From Adineta vaga (Eukaryota; Animalia; Rotifera): a stretch of DNA of 64,000 bases. Shown in pieces: positions 12,679 through 25,379 of the stretch. The stretch spans positions 14,384,001-14,448,000 of the forward strand of contig CP075492.1 in the NCBI GenBank assembly GCA_021613535.1, given 5' to 3'. The notes beneath the pieces are model-generated. The model was not told the origin of the DNA. It was given only the letters and a program-made list of their open reading frames with translations, and ran no database searches. Both the position numbers and the translations under genes were made by a program. Every line of letters begins with the position of its first letter. Position 1 is the stretch's first letter.

Positions 12679-15401
12679 GAATATACTGAAAAAAAAGAAA
12701 AAAGGATTTCTATATATACTATCATCATTCATATAATCAAAGGCTTTATTTGAATGATGAAATACTGACAGCGATTTTTTTTTCAATTATGTGAAGGGTT
12801 TCGTTGGATGTAGTATGAAAAAAAGTACAACGTTAAATATAAAGTATTTCTCATTGACAAGAATATGTATCACTCACGCGTACAATAGTTTTCATAATTT
12901 TCTATCAACTTCTGATAAAAATATTCTCATTTCTGATTGTTTGATAAAAGAGAATACTATATACGAAACATAATGTAATCATTAAAAAACTGCGACATCA
13001 TCGAATTGCATATAGAAGTTACTTTCTTGATAAACTTATTAATAGATAACTAGAAATCCAGAAGCAAATATATTTTGTTACAGAAAGGAAGTAAGAACTA
13101 TTCATAAACACATTTACAAAAAAGAAACACATAATTATTAAGCAAGAATATTATAATCAGTTTTTTTGAAAAGAAATAGTGTTTTTTATAATGTATGTAT
13201 ATGATTTGGAAACAAATAATAATTGTCACATATAGTTCATAAAACATGACAAGGTTTTTTTTCTCCATGCGCATTCAGTCAATAGACATGTGATTAAGCG
13301 TATTTTCTCTTCATATGTCAATGTTTATCTCGGTATTATAACGAAGAAAAAATGCATCTATATCTTGATTAATGAAAAAATTGTTCTCTTTTACAGAAAA
13401 TCTATTTTTGAATAGACGGATAACGAGGACGTACCTCGCATCAGAATATTATGCGAGATAAGTTTAGTGATGTACTTGATTCGTATCTGTAGTTAAAGAA
13501 ACCGTATGAACTTGGAAGAGAACTATCACGCTTCGAAGTGATGAAAGAAGAAGTAGTGATGTAGGATGATTTCCGTGTGAGCAGATTCTTTTTAAGCATC
13601 AAGATACGTTATTAATTTGAATAACATATCAGAACTATTCTCTGTTCTTTTATGAAATAATGAAGCCATGCAAGGAACCTGGATAAATGCTTCTCTTTGG
13701 ATGAAACTACAAAAGTTAATTTGTATTCGTCATTCTTTTCTGAATGTTAATCTTCTGTGTAACTCATATATGATTTTGTAAATAACCAAAGCATTACATT
13801 CAACCGTATGAACTATCATTATATGATACAATTTTTCATGTGATAAGGAATCTGATTTTGTAGCAAAATTATTTTCTTTAAAAAAAATTAGTTTGTAGAA
13901 AATCCGCATCGATGAATAATATTACTATAAAGGTATAGGAATTTGGCAATAAAAGATATAGATGACATCTCTAACTATGAATATCTATTGACAAAAAAGC
14001 CTGTACGTCTATATCTCTATCGTAGATTCTGGTGTTGTGTAGCAGTACATTACTATTTGATTGAAACTTGAAGTTGATTACAGCGTCTGTCAGTAAGACT
14101 ATTGCGGCGATTGGCTTTTTTTCAAGAATATATGAACGATTTTGAATTTGCAGCAAAACCAAATTTCCCATAAATTCGAATTGTAGATATGTATTATTTA
14201 GTTGTTCGTTTCATTCACAAAAACATAGTAGTCTTTCAAAAATATAATGCATTTAGCTAATCGTAGCTATACTTCTATTATATTCTGACATCGTAGAAGC
14301 AATAAACAACATCAGCGAAAAAACGTGTTCTCTGCTTTAAGCATCCATCACCCTCAGTCAACACAATTTAGATAAAAGTATCATATAAATTTAGTTAAAC
14401 AAATATGATAAAATGAAGTGACATCGCATGATATATTTATCAATTATTAAAAAGATACTGATAAAGATTTAGATTTCATTTCATCCTGAGAATGTGGGTA
14501 AGGATATGAGATAGATATATTATTCGCATTTTCATCAACACTGATACTACCAACCTCCTGTCTGCGAAATATCGCTCGATAACTAAACTGAATCCCTTCT
14601 TTCCCGAAATGAGAAAAAATGGAAGGAAAGTTTTTTCCGAGCAATGAGAAGAATCTCAGTCATCCTCGTCCACGTTTCTCTTACTTCCCTTCTTTGCCCC
14701 TATTCAGTTTTGCGTTCGCTGTATTTTTTCCAACCTGTATATATACTCAATCATTTTTACTTCCGAACCTACACACCATTATGTCGCATAGCCAGCTAAG
14801 AAAAATTTATTTTTCATCAAAGTTTCTTTTAAAATAATCTCTCAAGTGTCTGCAATACATAAAGCTTTAAAGGAAGCATAAAATATACATACCACTGTCA
14901 CTCCCACCAAGTCATCATTGAATATTCACAATAATAGAGTGAGGTAAGTCTAAGCACTTCTTTATGGAAATTTATGGCTGTTGTAGTACGTACAGAATTA
15001 TGAGATAGGAACATTGTCGATTGAAACTCAACAGAATGAAAGGAAAATACTCTTCATGAGGTTCAAACGGTGTACCTTCTGTATCCCAATATAAGTTCTA
15101 GAACAGTGAGACCAAAAGAACAATAATAATAGTTCTGTAGCGTACAAGAGTATCATCAAATAGGCCAAACTATTAGTAATACTACCTAGTAGAAAACATT
15201 GTATTAAATGATTAAGTTCATACACGAATAGATTTTATTCTGACATTATATAAACATCAATTTTATAAATAATTAAATTAGAAGTATAGCAGTACATTAG
15301 TGACATCTATAGTTGTTCGCCAGAAAACGCGCCAGAGACCTCTACAATTGCTTTTTATTACTGATTAAGATATTGGAGGCAAAAGAAAAATAAATACTAG
15401 C

Positions 15402-15504
15402 TCACGTCATTGACTGGTTTTTTCCCCAAATATTATTGCAAGGATGGATTATGTTATTTCATTTGAATTACGTCATTTCTTTATCACGTCACTATATATA
15501 TAAA
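15402..15504 (+). promoter_or_regulatory. Putative IAP promoter: three CRE/ATF-like sites plus TATA box
   Basis: TCACGTCA 15402, TTACGTCA 15468, TCACGTCA 15484, TATATATATAAA 15493-15504; ATG at 15653. Confidence 0.5.
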
Positions 15505-15652
15505 GATAGTTTCATGAACAACCACTCATTTGCACGTCGCATCAGATAACGAATAGATTGTGTTTTTTAGCATTTACATAGTATTTATATCCTTGTTGAA
15601 AATTTTTGATTTTGAAAACATCAGTGCTATTCATTTTTAGTTATAAAAAGTC

Positions 15653-17263
15653 ATGTGTACACAACAATATGGAAATACTGGCAGTTCCGTTTGTTGTAAT
15701 CATCGGAAAAGTTTGGTAACTGCTAAAGTACATCAAATCAAGGATAATATTCGTAAAAAAGTAATAGCACATCGAACAAATGCTTCTGACAATGTGAACA
15801 TAGTCTTGACTAATTCAAGTTCTAATCCAGATAGTTCAGCAAAAACTGATGAACAACAAACAGTAATAAAACGTCAAACTATCGATTTACACCACGAAAA
15901 TATATTAGACGAAGTCAAAACTTTAAAAGAAATGCGACAACGGACATTTTCGCATTGGCCAAGAGAAAATAGCCCATCAGCAGCGCAAATGATATTTGCG
16001 GGTTTTTTCTGTTGTAATGTAGGTGACCGAGTCATTTGTTTGTATTGCAATTTAATTTTGCAACAATGGACTCCTCATACTGATGATCCTCAAGAGGTTC
16101 ATCAGGCTCTTTCACCCAATTGTCAATATGTTCGATATATGCTAAAAATTCGACAAACAGAGCCTATACATATTATTAACCAAAACTCAAATACTCATTC
16201 AAACATTTTAGATACTCTTCGATTTAATGAAATTGTACATACATCAGCATGTCATAGTAACTATATAGAAATTCCTAAACGCTATGCATCGTTTGCTTCG
16301 TGGCCAACAGATCCCTTGCCTTCAGTTGATGACTTAGTGCGAGCTGGATTTTTCTATACTGGAACACAAACCGTTGTAACCTGCTTTTATTGTAATGGAT
16401 CACTTCAAAACTGGAGTTCACAAGATAGTCCTTTAATTGAACATTGTCGATGGTTTCCGCGTTGTAACTATGCAAAACAATTATGTGACGGCGATCTCTA
16501 TCGAAAAATTCAAGAATCAAAACGAATAGCTCAAGGTTTGTTTAATTATAATTAATTTGAGAGAGGTAATTGATTTTATATTTGTTTTCGTTTAGAACAA
16601 GTCAAAGTTAATCAGTCGAAAGAGCAGAATCATAATAAACAAGTACAACCAAAAAATGCTAGATCATTAGTACCGGATGAAACGACTTTATCACGGATGG
16701 TAGCTGCTCGCCTTGACTTAGCAATATCTCAGCGCCTATTGAAAGCAGGGTTCAAATTGTCAATTATCAAACGTTGCTGGGAGGATCAATTACGAATAAA
16801 AAGTGCGTAGGATATTGTGCGCTTTATACATATATATATTTATATTTCTCTTATTCTTTGTTTAGAAGAAGATTATGTCTCCGAAATAGATCTATACATT
16901 GCTTGTGTCATTTTACAAAGACAAATCGATTGTATCAATGGTAAAAAAGAGAATATTATTGTTCCAAGTACTGGTATGAAATCGATCTCTAAAAAAGATC
17001 AATCAAACCCATCCACATCCATCTCTATTATTGAAGAATTACCCTCAGAAAATATTCCTAATTCTTTGGATGCGGATACGAAAACAAATCCTGAAAACAG
17101 TTCATCATCTTCCAATCTCTGTTCTCTATGTTTGACAGAAGAGAAACGACTTGCATGTATTCCGTGTGGGCACTTCGCAACTTGCGTCCCATGTGGTCAT
17201 TCTCTAAGAATGTGCCCTATTTGTAGAAAAGAAATCGATGCATTTGTTCGCATCTATTTATGA
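15653..17263 (+). CDS. Inhibitor of apoptosis protein (BIR-BIR-UBA-like-RING)
   Basis: Two BIR domains (R..TF..WP..AGFF..D.V.C.YC...W..D.P..H...P.C); introns 16536-16595 and 16803-16865 both phase 1 and in frame; RING CSLC..EKRLACIPCGHFATCVPC...CPICR. Confidence 0.92.
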
Positions 17264-17515
17264 AGAAATAATCGTTTATAAGTATGCTTTAGACATTTAT
17301 ATAGTTCTAGTCAAGATTACTGTATTATCTTTCAGAATTCTATCATTTAATCAAGATAATATCACAAATACTCTGGAGTTTGTGTCTTTCCTGTCCTATA
17401 CATTTTGTACTATTTTATTGTTCACGTTGTTTTTTTATTGGAAGTCAAATAAACAGTCACGTTGTCATGGAATATATTAAAAAAAACTAAATATTTTGGC
17501 ATCATCTATCGTTTC

Positions 17516-19128
17516 TTAAATTTCTACTGGCATCAATGCTGCAGTTGATGGTCTTGGCCCTTGGCGTTCGAAAGATTGATTTATATTACCTTTCATTCTT
17601 TCGTGCATTAACACTCGATATTGATCATCTTTTTGTTTCATTCGTTTGCGATAATGCAGTGGCACACGATACAACCATATGATCATTAGTACATGGTAGA
17701 CTAGAAAAACACTAAAAAAAAGAACGAACATCCCATGATCTAAATATTCAATCCATGAATGTTTTGGAACGTGATAATCTGGTGTTTTTTGCCAAATAAC
17801 TGCACTAAGAGTACTGTGCCATATAGAATGGAAAACTAGATTGAATATACCTGCGATACCATATCGATCTAAGGATGTTAAATAAGAAATTGTTGGCTAA
17901 ATGATAGAAATTAATTTTTCGAAGAGAATGGAAATAGACTTTATTAAATTACTAATGATCTATTGATTGTCCAACGAAAAGTAATTGATGTTAGAAGAAG
18001 TGTACAAGAAACTTGTAATCGATTGACTGCATATCTTACATAACAGACGTAAAATCGTTGATTGATAATCAAAAGATATACATACGATCGAGAACTTACT
18101 GTAACGGTATACCAAAAGTACAGAACGAAACTAATGTGATCAATAAAATAAGACAATATCCATTCCAAAAGAAATATTGTGATTGACGCGCTTTTCATAT
18201 AAAGAAATAAATGATCATTTTAAAAACCGTAGAAAGAAACTATTTAAAATCAACAAACCAGCATGACAGGTAACTGTTAAAACTGATCGTTTTCGATCTT
18301 CAGCAGTCATAACATTTTTCATTTGTTGACCATTACTTTCTTGATAATTATCATCGTTACCATCATCATCTTCATTTCGAAAAAGAAATTCTTTGATAAA
18401 TCTTTGTTTTGTATCGATATGTTCATATAAAGACCATTCTTGTTGATCAATAAATGCTTCTCGATTAATTCCACTAAAATGTGATGGATCAGCAATTAAA
18501 ATTACTTTATCATGAAAAAACATTGAAGTAACAGAAATCGATAAATCTTGTACATCGCTTGGAAAATGTTGAAGTTCAAGTTTCTCCCAAAATAAACCTT
18601 TGATAACACGATGTTCGCAAATTTGTATCATTTGATCTTCTTTATTGATCTTTGCACTATATTTTATCTGTTCTTTTACATCACCTAAACCATTTTCAAT
18701 ATAAATTTGAGGATGCCAATGACATTCAGCATATTTTTCTAATACAACAGCTCGTCCATTTGTTAAACGTTGTTGATCATCAGCAGAAAGATTATAAGTA
18801 AATTTATTAGGAGGGACAAACCAACGGGATTCAACAGATGCGTGTGCTTGATATTTTTCATTTAATGTATCGATTTCACCTAGTATAAAGAGACTGACGT
18901 ACACGTTGAGATAAAATGCAAATGAATTATACCTATTCGAAGAAATACAAGACGAACATGAACTATAGTAGCCCTATCAATTTGTGATAATGAAACATCC
19001 AAATCAGTATTTATCATGTGAAAAGCTATGAAAATTAAAATCGAAATATATGACGATCATTGATTAAATTTCATTGTACCTGATAAACCTTTGCTAATTG
19101 TTGACATTGAACACATACTTAATGACAT
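17516..19128 (-). CDS. Cys-less (Pro-loop) pentameric ligand-gated ion channel subunit (multi-exon)
   Basis: WHPQIYIEN, LELQHFPSDVQDL (Pro-loop without Cys pair); spliced M1 YFFWNGYCLILLITLVSFCTFGIP, M2 NRLQVSCTLLLTSITF, LPTISYLTSLDRY-M3, M4; canonical introns restore frame. Confidence 0.85.
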
Positions 19129-19561
19129 TACAATAATATATTCAATATCAAAATTAAAGAAATTTCATTTACATTCAACTCAAAACTAGTAACTACCTTA
19201 AACAATCTTTTGTTGTATACACACTTTAACGACAGCATGAATAACATAGAGATAAGAATGAGAGAAGATACTTCTTTTATACAAGATATGATAAAACAAT
19301 GATGTTTATCCTTGGTGCACTTGATTTTTGTGCAAATGATGAAGTTCATTATATCGAAATGTTCTGGAATTGGAATCGTTTTTTTGTCGTATTGAAAATA
19401 TAGAGTATTAATCCAATGGTCCGATTTGATATTTGAAACTGAATTTTCAATTTGAAAAGATTAATGCGTCAAGATACTCAAAGCATATAGGATGGAATGG
19501 GTATTTAATCAAAAGAGAAAAGGGTCTTTTCATTCCATTTTATTCATACTCAACACTAACC

Positions 19562-20603
19562 ATGTTCGCTAATACTATATATCTTGGTTTGTTATTGCTC
19601 GTTTCTTCGACGTTTGCTGATACATCAGGTGAAAAGATAATTTCTTGACATGACACTTTGTTTAACTATCGTTGTTCTTTTTTTAGTTTCCATTTTGGAT
19701 TGTTCATCATTCCGTTCAGACAAGGAAATTATTCAATCGCTTTCATTTCGTGTCTTAATCAATCCATCAACATCTAACTCTCCTATCTACAATAGTTACG
19801 CTATAGTCAATGGACAAGGTCAAGTCATCGAATTAACTTTATCGACCATAGATTATATTCCATTATCTATTTTTTGTTTGAAAAACTTACAATCACTAAC
19901 GGTACAATATTCGAGCAATATAACTATTCCTGAAGCAATTTCTCGCCTGTCTGGCGTTCTCAAGACATTCAATCTAATTAGTGTCTCCAGAGCACTTATT
20001 CTTCCAACTGAATTATTCAAGATCACCAGTCTGAGATATTTAACTATTATTGGTAGTGGCCTTGCTGTTCTGCCTGATGAGATTGGACAGATGAGGCTTC
20101 TATCAAATTTGACATTAACTAGTAATCAACTTCGATCCTTACCTGCTAGTTTAAGTAAAATTATGGGTCTTCGTTCATTAAAAGTGGATAATAATGAACT
20201 GCTTACTTCATTGGATGGTTTGAATGGAAATCTACAACTAACTGAATTGAGTGCTTCAAATTGTGCTATTGATCATCTACCAAAAAATTTAACAAACTTG
20301 CAAATGATCAATATGGATGGAAATCAGTTAACAACACTCGATGGTCTTGGTTCGATCACTTCATTCACAAGTCGATCAATGATATTCAGTAAAAACAATA
20401 TTACAAGCCTTCCTACGACCATAAACGCATTCTTAACTGTAGAAAATATGGATTTATCAAATAATTTGCTTACAGAATTACCAATGTGGTTGTATAATAT
20501 TCAACTCAAAAACATTAATGTTCGTCACAACAGTTTTCAGGAAAAAGAAAAAGAATGGATTCAAGGAATGTTTCGATTAACAAATACTAATGTCCATATT
20601 TAA
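19562..20603 (+). CDS. Secreted leucine-rich repeat protein
   Basis: Signal exon MFANTIYLGLLLLVSSTFAD; intron 19629-19686 in frame; ~9-10 LxxLxLxxNxLxxLP repeats; no TM. Confidence 0.85.
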
Positions 20604-20686
20604 TGTTTTTCTTTATTGATTATAAGAAAATATTCTTATGAAATAAAAAAACATTTATCTGGTAGAAATTATTTTCTACGAAGATA

Positions 20687-21047
20687 TTAGTGATTTCGAA
20701 AATGATTATGTTGACATTTAAAATCTTGAATAGCTCCTTGCATTACATCATTTCGACTTTTTGCTGTATGACTACCCATAATTTCTTGTCCTTTATTTCC
20801 ATTTCAATTTTGATATTCGTCCTTTTAAATTACCTTTACATGAATTATTACAAATAGTCATTGGTGTATCTTCACCCCAGTTATGAACTTTCTAGATAGA
20901 AGTAGTAAGAGCACTAACACAACCCATATAGTTACCTGTTAGAGCAGTAACACATGCACCAGCAGGAAATTCAAAATCATTTCCACCATGAGTTTTAATA
21001 ATTAAAACACAGAACATTAAGGCAACAAGAAAATATAATTTATCCAA
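20687..21047 (-). pseudogene. Anti-lipopolysaccharide factor (ALF/scygonadin)-like pseudogene
   Basis: Signal-like LYFLVALMFCVLII; in-frame TAG 20892-20894; cationic CKGNLKGRISKLKWK, then a frameshifting deletion, then IMGSHTAKSRNDVMQGAIQDF; absent from the ORF track. Confidence 0.55.
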
Positions 21048-21364
21048 TGAATAAGATCGATATTTTCAATAAATTCATTAGAGATGCAATGTAACGTGTA
21101 CAATATATATTTGTTGGGTGAGCCAGCAGTAGCAGGTTTTTTTATTGTCTATGTAGTTTATGACTTTAACACCCTAATGAGATATATACGTATTTTTTGA
21201 AAGCAATTATATGTTTTATGACCATCTTGAGAATATAACTGTTGAAGAGAATCCTCACATTGTCGTTTTGTTGATAATAAAATTATATTTTTCGATTTAA
21301 ACAATTAAATTACCTATAAAAAAATACCATAAAATGTTTTATTATGTTTACTGATTAAAAATGA

Positions 21365-22654
21365 TTAATATAATTCAGTACTGTTCAAAAATCCATCATG
21401 AGTAGCTCCACCACACATTAACACCTGTCCATTTATTAAGACAGTTGTTGTGTGTTGATATCGTGTATGGTTTATACTATCGGCTAATGTCCAAGTTTTT
21501 GTTGATGGATCATACACTTCAGAATGTTTGGAAAAAACGCTAGAAGAACCATTCCTCCAGCAACTAATATCATTCCATTTCTTAATATCGATGCCGTATG
21601 AAAAGCTTGTGCCTGATGCATTGAACCTGTATTCGTCCAAGTTTCAGTTGATAAATCATACAATTCTGCAGTATTCGTATAATACTACGAAATCCACCAG
21701 CAACTAATACTTGTCCATTTGTTAACATAGATGCTGTAGTGACCGAATCGTTGCATGTTCATATACTAGTAGATATCCAATTTTCTGTTGTTGGATCGTA
21801 TAATAGATTAGCACCCGAAGCATCCTCATCAGTTACCCCACCAGCAATTAATACTTTTCCATTAGTTAACACGGATGCAGTGAAATCAAATCGTGATACA
21901 TCCATACTACTTGTATTTGTCCAAGTTCCAATTATTGGATCATACAACTCGGCACTCCTTAAAAAACGAGTACCATTAGATCCACCAACAATTAATACTT
22001 TTCCATTTGATAATATGGAAGCTGTATGACCGAATCGTGGAAAACTCATGCGACCAGTCATTGTCCACCTATCTGTTGTTAGATCATACACCTCAGCATT
22101 GTCCAGAGCATCTGTACCATTGTATCCACCAATGACTAATATTTTTCCGTTAGTTAAAACAGTTGCTGTATGCTCAGCTCGTGCATAATTCATTCTACCG
22201 GACATTGTCCAAGTTTGACTGGATGGATCATAGAACTCGGTAGTATCATGATAATGATTCGAATTATTGACTCCACCAGTAACTAACACTTTTCCACTAG
22301 ATAATAAAGTCGATGTATGTAATGCTCGTGCATAAAGCATACTACCAGTATCTGACCATCCTTAAGAAAAATATAGATTTCAAAATGACATTTACTAATA
22401 TAAGGAAGTTTTTTTTAAAAGTTTACCTGATAGATGATGGTTGGTCATTGACCATGTCAATGGCATAATAGCGGCAGATTTTCCATATGTACCAATGATG
22501 AGTGCTAATGTCCAGATAATAGTCACCGAAACAATTTCTAAATGAAAAAAAATTGTTGATGATCTCAACGAAAAGACATTCTATTCTCTATTTACAGTTA
22601 ACATATGCATCTCTAACACGATTTATAGTTTACAATGAGATACTCACCGTACAT
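21365..22654 (-). pseudogene. Secreted bacterial-type Kelch/galactose-oxidase-like beta-propeller, frameshifted
   Basis: Repeats R..HTA..L.NGKVLV.GG......AE.YDP....W; spliced signal peptide MYEIVSVTIIWTLALIIG; about four single-base indels between ~21550 and 21765. Confidence 0.7.
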
Positions 22655-22924
22655 CTTTGACAATATTAGCTAATGTTTAGAAAAAGAAACGAGAGTTGTT
22701 GTTGTTATTTGAAAGAATTATATATTTATATATGACGCCTCAATAGCAAAAAATGAGTAATACTATCTTTAATAAAAAAAAACCATCACTGGATACTTAT
22801 CTCTGTATGATAAAGTTTATATATGAGTAATCGAAAGGAGATTGGTTTGATTCTCTATACACTTTATTTGACAGAAAAAAAGAAAATTAATAAAAAGCTA
22901 TATTCAAATGACGGTAGAATTTAG

Positions 22925-24644
22925 TTATTTTCTATCACCAAGCCATAATTGGATTTGACGTGGATTTAATAATTTAAAGGCAAAATTTTTTCGATGAGTA
23001 TATTTAGTCAACCATTGATTGAATTCTTCATTGCTATCGAAATAGTACGTTTGAATAAAAATAGTAATACTTTGAAGGTATGTGAGATTCTCAAGGAGTA
23101 CCTCGAAGTCTTCTTCACTATATACATGACAATTGTTTAAATGTTCAAGATTAGGAAATGCTAAACAAAATTTAGTTCGAAGTTGACTGGGTACATATTC
23201 ACGATTCATATCAAGCCAACGAATTTGTGGATATGTTGAGTGAAGCATTGTATGAAGTTGATATTTTGAAGATGATATTGTCAAACGAGTGAGATGTGGT
23301 GCAATAGTAAGAAGTTCATTCAGTACAGAACATGGCATACTACATGTACCTTGAAATTGTAAATGTTTCAATGTCGATAAATCATTAATAGATCGTTTGA
23401 GTTTGGCAAGATCTGGTATGATGTATTGTTCAACATTTTCAGTATCATGGCTGAGTAGTAATTTGTCAACATTAGAGAAGCCTTGTGATGGAAGATTAAT
23501 TGATGTTTCATTGAATGGGAAATTGATTGATACAATTTGTTGTTTTGAATTGTTTGATAATTCATCAAATGGTGTTACATTAATGGTGTATGAACGAGCA
23601 TTTGTTGTATTATCTGTCCAAAACGCTGTTTCAAAGCCTTGAAGTCGTTCTTTCATTATGGCTGTATCAGATGAAGATGGAATATCAACCTTAAAACAAA
23701 AGACATCAGAATTATGTTTTTAATTATATAAAATAGTCACATACTTTCAAGCGAAAAACTTTCAATTTCGAGACAGATTTCTCGATAATTGCTTGCCACC
23801 AATCACTATCAATCCATTCAAGACTATCCTTTTGATTATGTTCGATATGAACATTTAAATAAGTTAACATTTTGCAAGCTTGAATGATTACTTCAACTTC
23901 CTGTCGAAGACCATACTTCAAATGAATAGTTAAATGAGTTAATGAATCAGGTGCACTAAAGTTTGAGATGAAATCATTTTCAATTGCTCTTGTTTTTAAA
24001 TTTAATTGAAGTCGTTGTAAATTTGGAATACATTTAAAAATAGTTGGAAGATGATCAATTGTTCTAATAAGAACCTTGAATTCACGAAGATTTTCAGCGA
24101 CAGGTAAAATATGAAAATTAAAATCAATGTTTGATGATTCATTGTTTAACGTAAGATTCTGTAAAGTTGATAGACGAAAAATATTGACAAGATTATTTTC
24201 GAATTGTTTTAATTGATCATAATTAAATGTATAACGTGGCCAACGTTTGAAATCAACTCTAAGAGTATGAAGACATTTCATCTGCGACCAGTAAGGAAAT
24301 TCATCGGGATTTCGAAGTCGAAGATGTTCAAGTCGAGTAAAACTTTGATCAAACGTTGGAAATCGTGTAAAAAAATGATCGATTTGACCTGGTGTTTCTT
24401 CATCATCGGAGAGTGTTAAACTCATGATTTGTTCTGGTTGAAGAACACGACAAATGATATCAAATTCACGTTTGGATATTGATTTAAAATTAATTTTATA
24501 TTGATCATAACTGTGTATACATTGCCGTAAATATCGACTGAAATCATGAAATGATCGAAGAATATCATTCGCTGTTAAATAATGAAATATATTGAAAATA
24601 ATTTCCACTGGAAATTGATCGAGAATTAATTGTGGAACAGACAT
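22925..24644 (-). CDS. F-box-like / LRR-like protein (2 exons)
   Basis: N-terminal LDQFPVEIIFNIFHYL...F F-box-like motif, degenerate LRRs, short intron near 23690-23745. Confidence 0.75.
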
Positions 24645-25379
24645 GTTTTTGTCAAAACCAAACATCAAATGACTGTCGTAGAAAATGTGCTAGCATTAAA
24701 TAAGACGAGAAAAACATATTCTCTTTTCTTTGCTCTATATGTGTATATGAGTCATACACATTATAAAGAATACCATAAATGGAAGAATGAAAGACGAGAA
24801 TGTCGCCACACGTGTTTGCTTATAGAGCTGCTGTATAGCCAAAAAATGTTATATCAACGTAGTGATATTATAGGAAGAGAAATCAGTGACTTCTATCAAA
24901 TTATCGACGAATGGATAGCATAAAAGAAAGAGGAAAATAATGCTCGTTCCCACTGTTATACTTCTGACTTTCATATTTATACATGAATATGTTCGTTGAT
25001 TCGACATTTCTTTATTATGCCATCATCTACTGTTCATCGTATACTCGTTGATACACTTAAACTAATATCCAAATACTTATTTGACTATAAACTTGTAGAA
25101 AATTATGGTTTTCCATTTCCATCAAGCAAATATGAACAAGATCGTTTTTTCATTGACAAAGGACCAGTCATATTCTCAGCTATATTCTTGATTTTTATAG
25201 ACATGCCATTTTCTTTCTTACTGATGTATTTCAATGCTACTGTACGTATGGAAGACAATGTGAAGAGACATAAAAGAGCTTAAATTTAGTGACTTTTCAA
25301 CGACTCTTCATGACGGGATTTTGAAAGGCTTATAAACTGTCATGAATTATCTTATTATTGATCGCTATGAAAAGTCAAA

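Noticed and set aside
13380-15225. Short ORFs at 13971, 14447, 14619 and 15028 and possible exon fragments
   Set aside because: No recognisable motifs or coherent splice model
24630-25283. ORFs 24630-24923 and 24996-25283
   Set aside because: Non-ATG starts, no motifs, intergenic-like composition
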